From positions 164,598-228,597 of the IMG/VR virus record IMGVR_UViG_3300015262_000001: a stretch of DNA of 64,000 nucleotides, one strand, 5' to 3'. Both the position numbers and the translations under genes were made by a program. A model generated the notes under the pieces. That model made no database searches and was not told where the DNA came from. It saw nothing but the letters and a program-made list of their open reading frames with translations. The first letter of the stretch is position 1. Every line of letters begins with the position of its first letter. Of the stretch, positions 7,890 through 15,501 are shown piece by piece.

Positions 7890-9836
7890 TTAGCTATGGT
7901 TATTGATCTGAGCGATCAAATCTTCAACACTGGAAACCCTGGCGATAGTTACCATAGGTATGTCCAGCGCGGTTGCTTTTAACAGTTTCTTTTCACCTGG
8001 CTTCTCCCCCACTAGGAGTAACTGGCAGTCCTTAGTAAGGTTGCTCACCAATTCGATACCCGCCAGCGCCAGGAGATCAATCAAGCCTTCACGTGGAAGA
8101 CCTACTTCACCTGTAATGCATATTTTCCTTTCAGTTGCATCCTCCTTGTAGAACGGGATAAGTTGCTTGAACAACCGATCAGCGTTAAGCTGGATCATGT
8201 CAGTCTCAAGCGCGCTGGCGATAGGATCGGCGATCTTCTCACCGAAACGATGGATCTTTACGAGGTTGTCCTTATTACCCAGCCAGTGTGTCAGCTCAGG
8301 CGGATACATTTTGATACCGGCCACGTTAACTGCTCTGGCCAGATTCTTCGCTCGGATCACATCAACACCCGGCAACCCCATGGCAAGGATGGCTTTATGC
8401 AAAGGTACGGTTTGCACCTTCATAATGTTAGCCCATACCGTCGAATTGATGTCAGCAGGACTCAGACGCAGAATATCAGCCGGATACTCAACCTTGCCTT
8501 CATCAATAAGTTTGCTCAATATAACAGGACCCAGCCCGTCAATATCCAAGCATCCACGGCTAACCAACGCCAAACAGCGGTTCAACAACTGGCTTTTGCA
8601 TCCAGTGACGTTATCACAGTAAAGAAACGCACTGTTGTCACTTGTCTTCAGCCGCAGTTTACTGCCGCAACTTGGACAGGTGTCAGGTGCCTTAACTCGC
8701 TTACCCACGCCAGAATCAATTACACGGCGCACGCGAGGAATAACATCCCCGTTGCGAGTAACAGCCAGCAAGGTGTCATCACGTAATCCCAAAGCCATGA
8801 ATTGATGATAGTTGTCGATACTGGCACGCTGACAGGTAACGCCACCCACAATAGCCGGATGGAAATACAGTGTAGGGTTCACCCGCCCAGTCTTACCCGT
8901 CGCCCAAACGGTATGTGAATAAGCGACTTCCACTTCAACGTCTGGAAACTTGTAAGCAATCGCCCACAGAGGGTGTTTATTATTCGATCCTAACTTGTCC
9001 TGATCATCGAACCAGTCAAGTTTAAACACAACACCGTCTACCGGATATTTGTCGCTCTTCTTATCAGCGCGTACATCTTCCATCGAAACCCACGGGCTAG
9101 GTTCGAAACCTTTCTCTTCCAAGGCGAGCATCATTGCCTCGTAAGTAGGTTTCTCCAACCGGTCACTGGCGCCATAAACGAAGAAGTCCAGCATACCGAA
9201 GGTATTAGGATCCTGATTACGCTCCAGGCGTCTTACCCAACCACTGACACCGTTACGCGGAGTAACCAACGGCTTCTCTGCAACAGCGTTGTAGGCTTCG
9301 AAGGTCGCAAAGCTCATAACCCCTTCACCACGCACAGAAAACGTCGCTGGGAAGGACTTGGGGAGCTTCAAGGGTATGTTGCGGAACAGGGGAATGGAGT
9401 GAGTAACATCCTCGCCCACATTACCATCACCGCGTGTCGCCATCTGGACCAGCTTACGGTCTATGTAAAGAAGTTCCAGTGCTAGGCCGTCTAGCTTGTA
9501 TTCCCTGATCCAGTACGTACCGGGAGGAAAACTGTTGAGCCACTCATCCAGATCTTTCTGATTAAGTTTCTTTTTGAGGGACAACATGGGTTCGTCAAAT
9601 TCAACGAGTCCTAACCCCTCATTGGTTACTTCTATCAGAGGTACCGCTTTCTGGTGGTGGACGAAAGCCTTGGCCACATCAGGGTAGAGTTCACACAATT
9701 CATCGAAGCGTTCTTGCTTCTTGTCGAACTCACTATTGGGGATAGGTTCTTCGTTGTGATTATGGAAACGATCGTTGAGATAAAGAATCTCATCATTCAA
9801 CGCTTTCATTTCATCGTAGATCGAGGGGTTGCTCAT
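7890..9836 (-). CDS. ligA: NAD+-dependent DNA ligase
   Basis: PMLSL, EYKLDG (KxDG), TRGDGNVGEDVT, VRGE, PRNGVSG, DGVVFK, AIAYKF, GKTGRV, NGDVIP, CPSC zinc finger and a C-terminal BRCT-like domain. Confidence 0.97.
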   Translation of the reverse strand: MSNPSIYDEMKALNDEILYLNDRFHNHNEEPIPNSEFDKKQERFDELCELYPDVAKAFVHHQKAVPLIEVTNEGLGLVEFDEPMLSLKKKLNQKDLDEWLNSFPPGTYWIREYKLDGLALELLYIDRKLVQMATRGDGNVGEDVTHSIPLFRNIPLKLPKSFPATFSVRGEGVMSFATFEAYNAVAEKPLVTPRNGVSGWVRRLERNQDPNTFGMLDFFVYGASDRLEKPTYEAMMLALEEKGFEPSPWVSMEDVRADKKSDKYPVDGVVFKLDWFDDQDKLGSNNKHPLWAIAYKFPDVEVEVAYSHTVWATGKTGRVNPTLYFHPAIVGGVTCQRASIDNYHQFMALGLRDDTLLAVTRNGDVIPRVRRVIDSGVGKRVKAPDTCPSCGSKLRLKTSDNSAFLYCDNVTGCKSQLLNRCLALVSRGCLDIDGLGPVILSKLIDEGKVEYPADILRLSPADINSTVWANIMKVQTVPLHKAILAMGLPGVDVIRAKNLARAVNVAGIKMYPPELTHWLGNKDNLVKIHRFGEKIADPIASALETDMIQLNADRLFKQLIPFYKEDATERKICITGEVGLPREGLIDLLALAGIELVSNLTKDCQLLLVGEKPGEKKLLKATALDIPMVTIARVSSVEDLIAQINNHS

Positions 9837-10123
9837 AGTTCATTCCTCTTATCCAGCAGTTCTTGAGCCTGGTGAATAACACGGCCATTGTTACAGAAGC
9901 CGCAACTCTCCCGCTGGCATTCGTTACAGATCACTCTGTCGTTCTTAACGCTGAGGTCTTCTTGCTCCAGCAATATATTTAACTGGATCTGAGTGATCTC
10001 TTTTTCACTGGGATGATCGTCAATCCCTCTTAACCGATCCCACCACTTCCATGGACCGGTCGTCATTTCGAGCAAAAACAAAAAACAGAAGACACTCAAT
10101 AACGTCGGAATAATAGCGGTCAT
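9833..10123 (-). CDS. membrane-anchored protein with C-terminal Cys4 motif (96 aa)
   Basis: N-terminal transmembrane helix; CNEC...CGFC. Confidence 0.7.
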   Translation of the reverse strand: MTAIIPTLLSVFCFLFLLEMTTGPWKWWDRLRGIDDHPSEKEITQIQLNILLEQEDLSVKNDRVICNECQRESCGFCNNGRVIHQAQELLDKRNEL

Positions 10124-10158
10124 TGTTATTACCTAAAAACCAAAACGCGCTATAGGAG

Positions 10159-10193
10159 ATTAGGCACTGGGGAGTTACCCACCAATGCCTAAT
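10159..10193 (-). terminator. terminator-type hairpin
   Basis: ATTAGGCA...TGCCTAAT stem, followed on the minus strand by GCGTTTTGGTTTTT. Confidence 0.65.
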
Positions 10194-10196
10194 CAG

Positions 10197-10661
10197 TCAG
10201 GATGCAACTTGGTTACGGGTAGCCAGGATTTCGTTCAGGGTACGGATGTCGCGGAAGTCTTTCTGCTTCTGTTCTTCAGAACGACTGGGTTCGATGTAGC
10301 TGGAGCGTTTCTGTATCAACAAGGCCAGTTCGTCGAAAACTTCGATACCGTTTTCCAGAGTGTGACTTTTGAAATAATGGTTACGGCAACGGATACGGAG
10401 ATCAGTGTCTTTGATGGCCACAACTGAATCACGCAGTGGGTGGATCAGTACCTTGTTATCTTCCGCCAAACGTTCGAAGTAAGGCGAACTGACCCACACG
10501 TTGATGTCACCCGCATCGTCGCGGAGTTCCATCATTACCATTGCCGCACTTCCACCCAAACACATGTGGTACGCTGGAACACCCAGGTCATTCAGAACAG
10601 ACAGTTGTTTTAGGATCCGATTTTTGGACGCCTGCCACAAATCAACTTCAAGTTTAAACAT
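10197..10661 (-). CDS. minimal nucleotidyltransferase-like protein (degenerate DxN motif)
   Basis: LGGSAAMVMMELRDDAGDINVWV matches the hG[G/S]-x9-13-DhD pattern with D replaced by N; paralogue of the next gene. Confidence 0.6.
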   Translation of the reverse strand: MFKLEVDLWQASKNRILKQLSVLNDLGVPAYHMCLGGSAAMVMMELRDDAGDINVWVSSPYFERLAEDNKVLIHPLRDSVVAIKDTDLRIRCRNHYFKSHTLENGIEVFDELALLIQKRSSYIEPSRSEEQKQKDFRDIRTLNEILATRNQVAS

Positions 10662-10670
10662 GATACTTTC

Positions 10671-11108
10671 CTAAACAGCTTTGGCGGTGAATTTGGTTAC
10701 ATGGCCCATGGATATCAGCAGCGCGATCTCAACTTCGTCTTGTACCCGCTTACCGATACAACGATTGGGATTATGGGACAGTTGACGTTTTTGAATGATC
10801 AACTCACGGGGGCTGTAGACCCACACACCTTCGATGCAAACCCTCCCCCGGTCTTCATCAAGTACGTGCAGGCCAATGCTTTCAGCGTAAACAACCCGAT
10901 CAGTGATCCCTTCTGCTTTAATAATGCTTTTGGTGGTCGCTGCCCATTTGAATACCCCGGGCAAAACATCAGCGTCGAGGTCGCTCGTTTCATCACGGAT
11001 GCCCATCATAACAGCAGCGGCACCTGCACTCAGTACTACGTTGTGTGGGTCCTCTCCAAGCTCACGAACCAACGCCTTGTACTGCACAATCACGTCGTCC
11101 TTTTTCAT
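10671..11108 (-). CDS. minimal nucleotidyltransferase-like protein (Pol-beta superfamily)
   Basis: LSAGAAAVMMGIRDETSDLDADV has an intact DxD. Confidence 0.65.
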   Translation of the reverse strand: MKKDDVIVQYKALVRELGEDPHNVVLSAGAAAVMMGIRDETSDLDADVLPGVFKWAATTKSIIKAEGITDRVVYAESIGLHVLDEDRGRVCIEGVWVYSPRELIIQKRQLSHNPNRCIGKRVQDEVEIALLISMGHVTKFTAKAV

Positions 11109-11532
11109 GACCTATACCCGATTGAAAGTTGATTAAGTCGGAACTGATGTTCCTTAAGTTGGCAAACAACTGCGTGATATCCAATGGACTCACGTTCTTT
11201 CTTATAAAGCCAGAGAATGGCGAATGCAAAACAAAGTATTCAAATGCATGGCGAAGGAATTCACTGCCATGCACGTCACCTTCACACCAGAGTTTAGGAC
11301 TAGCCTTAAACGTCCGTTGGGACACGAGCGACAGGCGCACTCGGTCTAGAATTAGTAGCGGTCCATCGCTAGCGAATCGCTTTCCTATCGAGAAGTAAAG
11401 CTTATCGTTATCCTTAACAAGACCCAACTCTACCAGAACCTTTTGCCCAGCCAACGCAAACTGCGTTATTACTGGTTCAAAAGGCCCGGTAAACTGATCA
11501 GGGTCCGCACTGAAGAACCTTAATACATTCAT
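11062..11532 (-). CDS. hypothetical protein
   Basis: Start moved to MNVLRFF at 11532; 3' end overlaps the next gene by 47 nt. Confidence 0.6.
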   Translation of the reverse strand: MNVLRFFSADPDQFTGPFEPVITQFALAGQKVLVELGLVKDNDKLYFSIGKRFASDGPLLILDRVRLSLVSQRTFKASPKLWCEGDVHGSEFLRHAFEYFVLHSPFSGFIRKNVSPLDITQLFANLRNISSDLINFQSGIGHEKGRRDCAVQGVGS

Positions 11533-11539
11533 GAGGGTC

Positions 11540-11917
11540 TCAGTGCAGGGTGGCGGTTGCAGATGCCAGGTAACGGGAGATGTTTTCAACCGTTGCCATG
11601 TCAGAAGCCGACGCCGCCAGGTTCAGCATGTGGTACGACACCACCATACGACCGGTCTCATCGAAGGTAATAACCGCTTGGTTAATGCCCGCGAAGTTGA
11701 TGATCGCTGTTTTACCAGAGATGTCGTAGTTGTAGGTCACAGTCGCCATGCCCATGCCTTGCATGTGCGGCGAGTAAGACCCGTCGAGGTTTTCCATAAT
11801 TGGGATCTGTGCGCTTTGCATGATCGTTATCTCTTCCAGAAGTAGTAGGCTGTCATAAACAGGACCTCGCAGTACGAATACAACTAAAAGAGATAACGCG
11901 ATTATTATCTCTACCAC
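11540..11917 (-). CDS. hypothetical protein (start ambiguous: GTG 11917 or ATG 11821)
   Basis: The longer form has an N-terminal hydrophobic helix; the shorter form has a GGAAGAG SD. Confidence 0.65.
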   Translation of the reverse strand: MVEIIIALSLLVVFVLRGPVYDSLLLLEEITIMQSAQIPIMENLDGSYSPHMQGMGMATVTYNYDISGKTAIINFAGINQAVITFDETGRMVVSYHMLNLAASASDMATVENISRYLASATATLH

Positions 11918-11938
11918 TTAGTAATATAGGTTTAAATT
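11918..11938 (-). promoter_or_regulatory. early promoter (TTTAAACCTATATTACTAAG)
   Basis: Exact TATATTAC core, overlapping the SbcC stop codon. Confidence 0.7.
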
Positions 11939-14397
11939 ACTATTGAGTGCTGATTGACCTCACCTGGTAAGGTAAGACCTTCGTACCGCAAGGCGATGAT
12001 GTTAGGATCTCTAAAGACCCCGAGTTGATTAAAATAATGGGACACCAGGAACAGTTGGCGGGCGTCGTTACTCTGTGTGTATTCCTCCACAAAGTTAAAG
12101 AACCTGCCGCGTTTGATTTCATCCAGGAATGGACCCACCTCGTCCATGATCAACGGGAGTGGAAACCCGAGGTACCCCAGTAACACAAAGCGAAAAGCCC
12201 AATCTAAAATATCAGTTTCGCCGCCACTGCAATCTGACACGTCCGGTGTAGGGTCTTTCTCACCCTTGACCACAGGAAAGCGGTACGTCAGATCACCGTT
12301 CTCTTTGCTGCACGGTTTGATGTACAGTGGGGTATTCCAGATTTTGTTAACCACAGCATTCATGTTGCCACAGATAGCGGTAATGAAGTCACTCATTAAC
12401 TTACCGATCAAACCCTTGTTAGGGCAAAGACCGTCCATGTGCACTTCAACAATGGTTAGCCGACGTTTCAAGCGAGCGATGTCAGCCGAGATGGATTGCA
12501 CCACTGCTGTCAGGGACTTGCTCTTGATGATCGAGGTCATGTAGTGTTCTTTGTCAGAGGTCAGTTCACTGATGCGATGATCCACCGCAGAGCGCAGACT
12601 TACCTTCCCCTCACTCTCCAAACCTTGCAGGATCTCGAACCGCAATTGCTCTAATCGCTTTAAATCTTCCCCATAGGTTTGCATGCCCCGCAATGTGTTA
12701 CTAAGGGCGTCAATTTTGGCTCGGTAGAAAAGGATTTTGTTGTTGACATCCACGAGCTCTTTTTCAGTGGTGCTAACGTAGATGGCCGCGTCCAACACCT
12801 TGTTGCGATCCAGGAGCGCTATACGTGCATCCAGGAGCTTTTCTTCTTCTGCCAGCGTGTCACGGTAACCCAGCAGCTCGGCTTTGCGGCTAACAAGCTC
12901 CAGAGCGTTCTGAAGACGGTGTGTAGCCCAGCGTCCTACTTCAAACTGCTTGATCAGTTCCGGCAGGATCCTGACATGACTGTTCTCACGGATAAAGGTA
13001 AACAACTGGTTCATGGAGATAAACCATTCACTGTCGTTGTCCAACTTATCCTGGAGTTCGTCTCGTTCCTTTTCCAACTTCTCAATCTTCTTGATCGAGT
13101 AATCAATGTTGGACTTAAGGTTAGCCAGTTTCTGAGGAGTCATCCCCAACTTGAACTCATGTGTACAGTCCGGACACTCAACCGTCTCAGCCTGTTCATA
13201 ATGTGCCAACTGATGTTGCATGTTGGCGAGGTCGTTGGTGAAACTCTTCAGTTCAGTTCCAACCACTTCCATGCGGTTCTGGAAAGCTTTGTACTGGTTA
13301 CCTGTAAGCTCCTTAGAGCTCGCTGGAGTCACGCGGTTAAGAAACTGCATCAGTGCAGGGGTAACCTGCGCCAAACCATCTAACGGGTTCTCTGGGTCAT
13401 TAAAGACAGGGTATTGCTTCAATCCCTGTTCAATGACTTCAAGCTTGATCAACGTCTCAGCGATATCGCCTTTAACGTGCTTGGTCTGTGCTTTAAAGGC
13501 ATCAGGATCCTTAAGGAATTCCTCCAGCCCCTCCAACATACCAGCATGTTCGCTGATCACCCCTTGCAACACGTTCGCCTGATCGCGATAACCGTCCAGC
13601 ATACGACGGCTCTGGATAATGGTGTCAGTGTATTCTCGCTTGCTCCACCAAACACCGCTGAGCTTATTAGCCAGCAATTGATCAGTAAGCAGATCGAGTT
13701 CCTGTTTCTTAAGCTGAACAGCTGGATCCAGTTTAACCGACTCCAAACTCCCCCGCAGTAGAAGTGACTGTTTCAGTTCTTCTTCCACATCCCGTACGCG
13801 ACGTTCCAACTCTTCCACGCCACACTCGTTGATGTAGGAGAGCTTGCGGTTCTCTTCAGTGTAACGACCCACCTGATTCTTAATGGCGGCTTTCAACTCA
13901 TTACGTGCAGTCTTCAAGCGGCCATACACACCCAACGCATAGTCAGTGTTGTTCGGGTAGATCTGCATCAATACATCTTTACGACGAGACGCAGACATGG
14001 CCGACAGTCGATCGGCAATACGAATACCGCTAATCACTTTAACCAGACCAGTGTCCAAACCGAAGTGGATCTCACACAACTCTTTCTGCACACTGAACGT
14101 GCCGTTGCTGTTGAGTTCTTCCCCGTCATCGATCTTGAAACTGTGACCATTACCAATGCCGGTGTAAGAATCCATCGTGTAAACTTTACTACCAACCTTC
14201 CACTTAACAAACTTACGGCCGTTCTTGTAGTTGCCGTTCTCCGGAGGAAGGGGATTCATTTCCTTGAGGATCGAACTCTTACCTACACCGTTCAGGGAGA
14301 TAAAGAGGTTGATCATATGTTCGGTATCAAGTTCCACTTTATGAATATTGCTACTCAAGAGCGGAACATAGTTCTCTAGAATCAATTTAAGTAGCAT
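11932..14397 (-). CDS. sbcC: SbcC/Rad50-like SMC ATPase
   Basis: Walker A NGVGKS, long coiled coils with a central CPDC zinc hook, signature SGGE, Walker B LIMDE, H-loop LVSH. Confidence 0.93.
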   Translation of the reverse strand: MLLKLILENYVPLLSSNIHKVELDTEHMINLFISLNGVGKSSILKEMNPLPPENGNYKNGRKFVKWKVGSKVYTMDSYTGIGNGHSFKIDDGEELNSNGTFSVQKELCEIHFGLDTGLVKVISGIRIADRLSAMSASRRKDVLMQIYPNNTDYALGVYGRLKTARNELKAAIKNQVGRYTEENRKLSYINECGVEELERRVRDVEEELKQSLLLRGSLESVKLDPAVQLKKQELDLLTDQLLANKLSGVWWSKREYTDTIIQSRRMLDGYRDQANVLQGVISEHAGMLEGLEEFLKDPDAFKAQTKHVKGDIAETLIKLEVIEQGLKQYPVFNDPENPLDGLAQVTPALMQFLNRVTPASSKELTGNQYKAFQNRMEVVGTELKSFTNDLANMQHQLAHYEQAETVECPDCTHEFKLGMTPQKLANLKSNIDYSIKKIEKLEKERDELQDKLDNDSEWFISMNQLFTFIRENSHVRILPELIKQFEVGRWATHRLQNALELVSRKAELLGYRDTLAEEEKLLDARIALLDRNKVLDAAIYVSTTEKELVDVNNKILFYRAKIDALSNTLRGMQTYGEDLKRLEQLRFEILQGLESEGKVSLRSAVDHRISELTSDKEHYMTSIIKSKSLTAVVQSISADIARLKRRLTIVEVHMDGLCPNKGLIGKLMSDFITAICGNMNAVVNKIWNTPLYIKPCSKENGDLTYRFPVVKGEKDPTPDVSDCSGGETDILDWAFRFVLLGYLGFPLPLIMDEVGPFLDEIKRGRFFNFVEEYTQSNDARQLFLVSHYFNQLGVFRDPNIIALRYEGLTLPGEVNQHSIVI

Positions 14398-14451
14398 AAC
14401 AGAATTCTTTTTTAAGAAAATTAGAAGGGTCTACAGAATAGGGCGCCAAGT

Positions 14452-15450
14452 ATGAACATAATGCACTGCATTGGTATCGGTGTGGTGGCAGCCACCAAAG
14501 ATACTAACACCGACCAGATCCTGGTTTATATTCCCAATCTGTTCCCCAACGCCGACGGTCGTATCAGTGCCAACCCTAAACAGGTCGAGCGCACCAGCGT
14601 CAATGCCCAAGGGGAACAGGTAAAGAGTAATCTGCTACACAGTAACGTGTTGCCAGCTTACTGGAAGAACATGACCGACAGTAACCGTACCAGCTCGCCT
14701 GACGTACGGGAAGGCTCCAAGGTGGCTGTCTACCAGGTTCCTGGTCAGAACAAGCTGTACTGGACCCTGGACGGTCTTAACACTGAAACTATGCGCCTGG
14801 AGACAGTGTTCTACAATTGGAGTGCTTCTCCTGAGGTTAGCGAGAACACACCTGGTGATATTAACAACACCTACCAGATGAAGATCTCAACTCGTGATGG
14901 GTTGATGGCACTGCGCACCTCTCAGGCCAACGGTGAGAAGGTGGCCTTCGACATCCAGATCAATGCCATGGATGGGGTGATGCATTTTGGTGGGAGTGAG
15001 AATGGGTTTATCGTTTGGGATGAACTGAACCACTCGTTTACCTATAGCAACGCTGATGGGGCTATCTTCAAGATTGACAAGAAGAGCCTAACCGCTGTTA
15101 TGCCTGAGTTGATCAATCTCTTTGCCACAAAAGGGATTAACATCAAGACCGAACTGTTACAGCTACAAGCTGACCAGATCGATGCCGATGTTAAGTTGAC
15201 TCGTTGGAAAGGAGACTGGGAGTACACCGGTAATAAGAAACAAGTTGGCGATTACGAACAGACCGGTGACTTCACCCAAACGGGTAATTATGAGCAAACG
15301 GGTGATACCATGCGAACAGGTAACTCTACCAGCACGGGTATCGTTCAAGGTCTCACCGATGTACAGACTGCAACTGTCAGCCTTAATCTCCATGAACACG
15401 GCGCAGTTCAGAACGGTGAAGGTGTTACCAGCCCTCCAATTCCAGCTTAA
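14452..15450 (+). CDS. baseplate central spike (gpV/gp5-like, phiKZ gp164-like)
   Basis: N-terminal OB-type region, 6-residue beta-helix repeats (GDYEQT GDFTQT GNYEQT) and a C-terminal HxH (LHEHG); late-promoter-like TATG at the start. Confidence 0.85.
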   Translation: MNIMHCIGIGVVAATKDTNTDQILVYIPNLFPNADGRISANPKQVERTSVNAQGEQVKSNLLHSNVLPAYWKNMTDSNRTSSPDVREGSKVAVYQVPGQNKLYWTLDGLNTETMRLETVFYNWSASPEVSENTPGDINNTYQMKISTRDGLMALRTSQANGEKVAFDIQINAMDGVMHFGGSENGFIVWDELNHSFTYSNADGAIFKIDKKSLTAVMPELINLFATKGINIKTELLQLQADQIDADVKLTRWKGDWEYTGNKKQVGDYEQTGDFTQTGNYEQTGDTMRTGNSTSTGIVQGLTDVQTATVSLNLHEHGAVQNGEGVTSPPIPA

Positions 15451-15451
15451 C

Positions 15452-15501
15452 AACCTTACTACCCCAACTGCCCAGCAAGGCAGTTGGGGTAGGGGTTATT
15501 T
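15452..15501. terminator. bidirectional terminator between convergent genes
   Basis: 14-bp stem CTACCCCAACTGCC/GGCAGTTGGGGTAG followed by TTATTTT. Confidence 0.8.

Noticed and set aside
15225-15340. 18-bp periodic repeats in the spike gene
   Set aside because: They encode the 6-residue beta-helix repeats of the spike; not a CRISPR or DNA repeat element.
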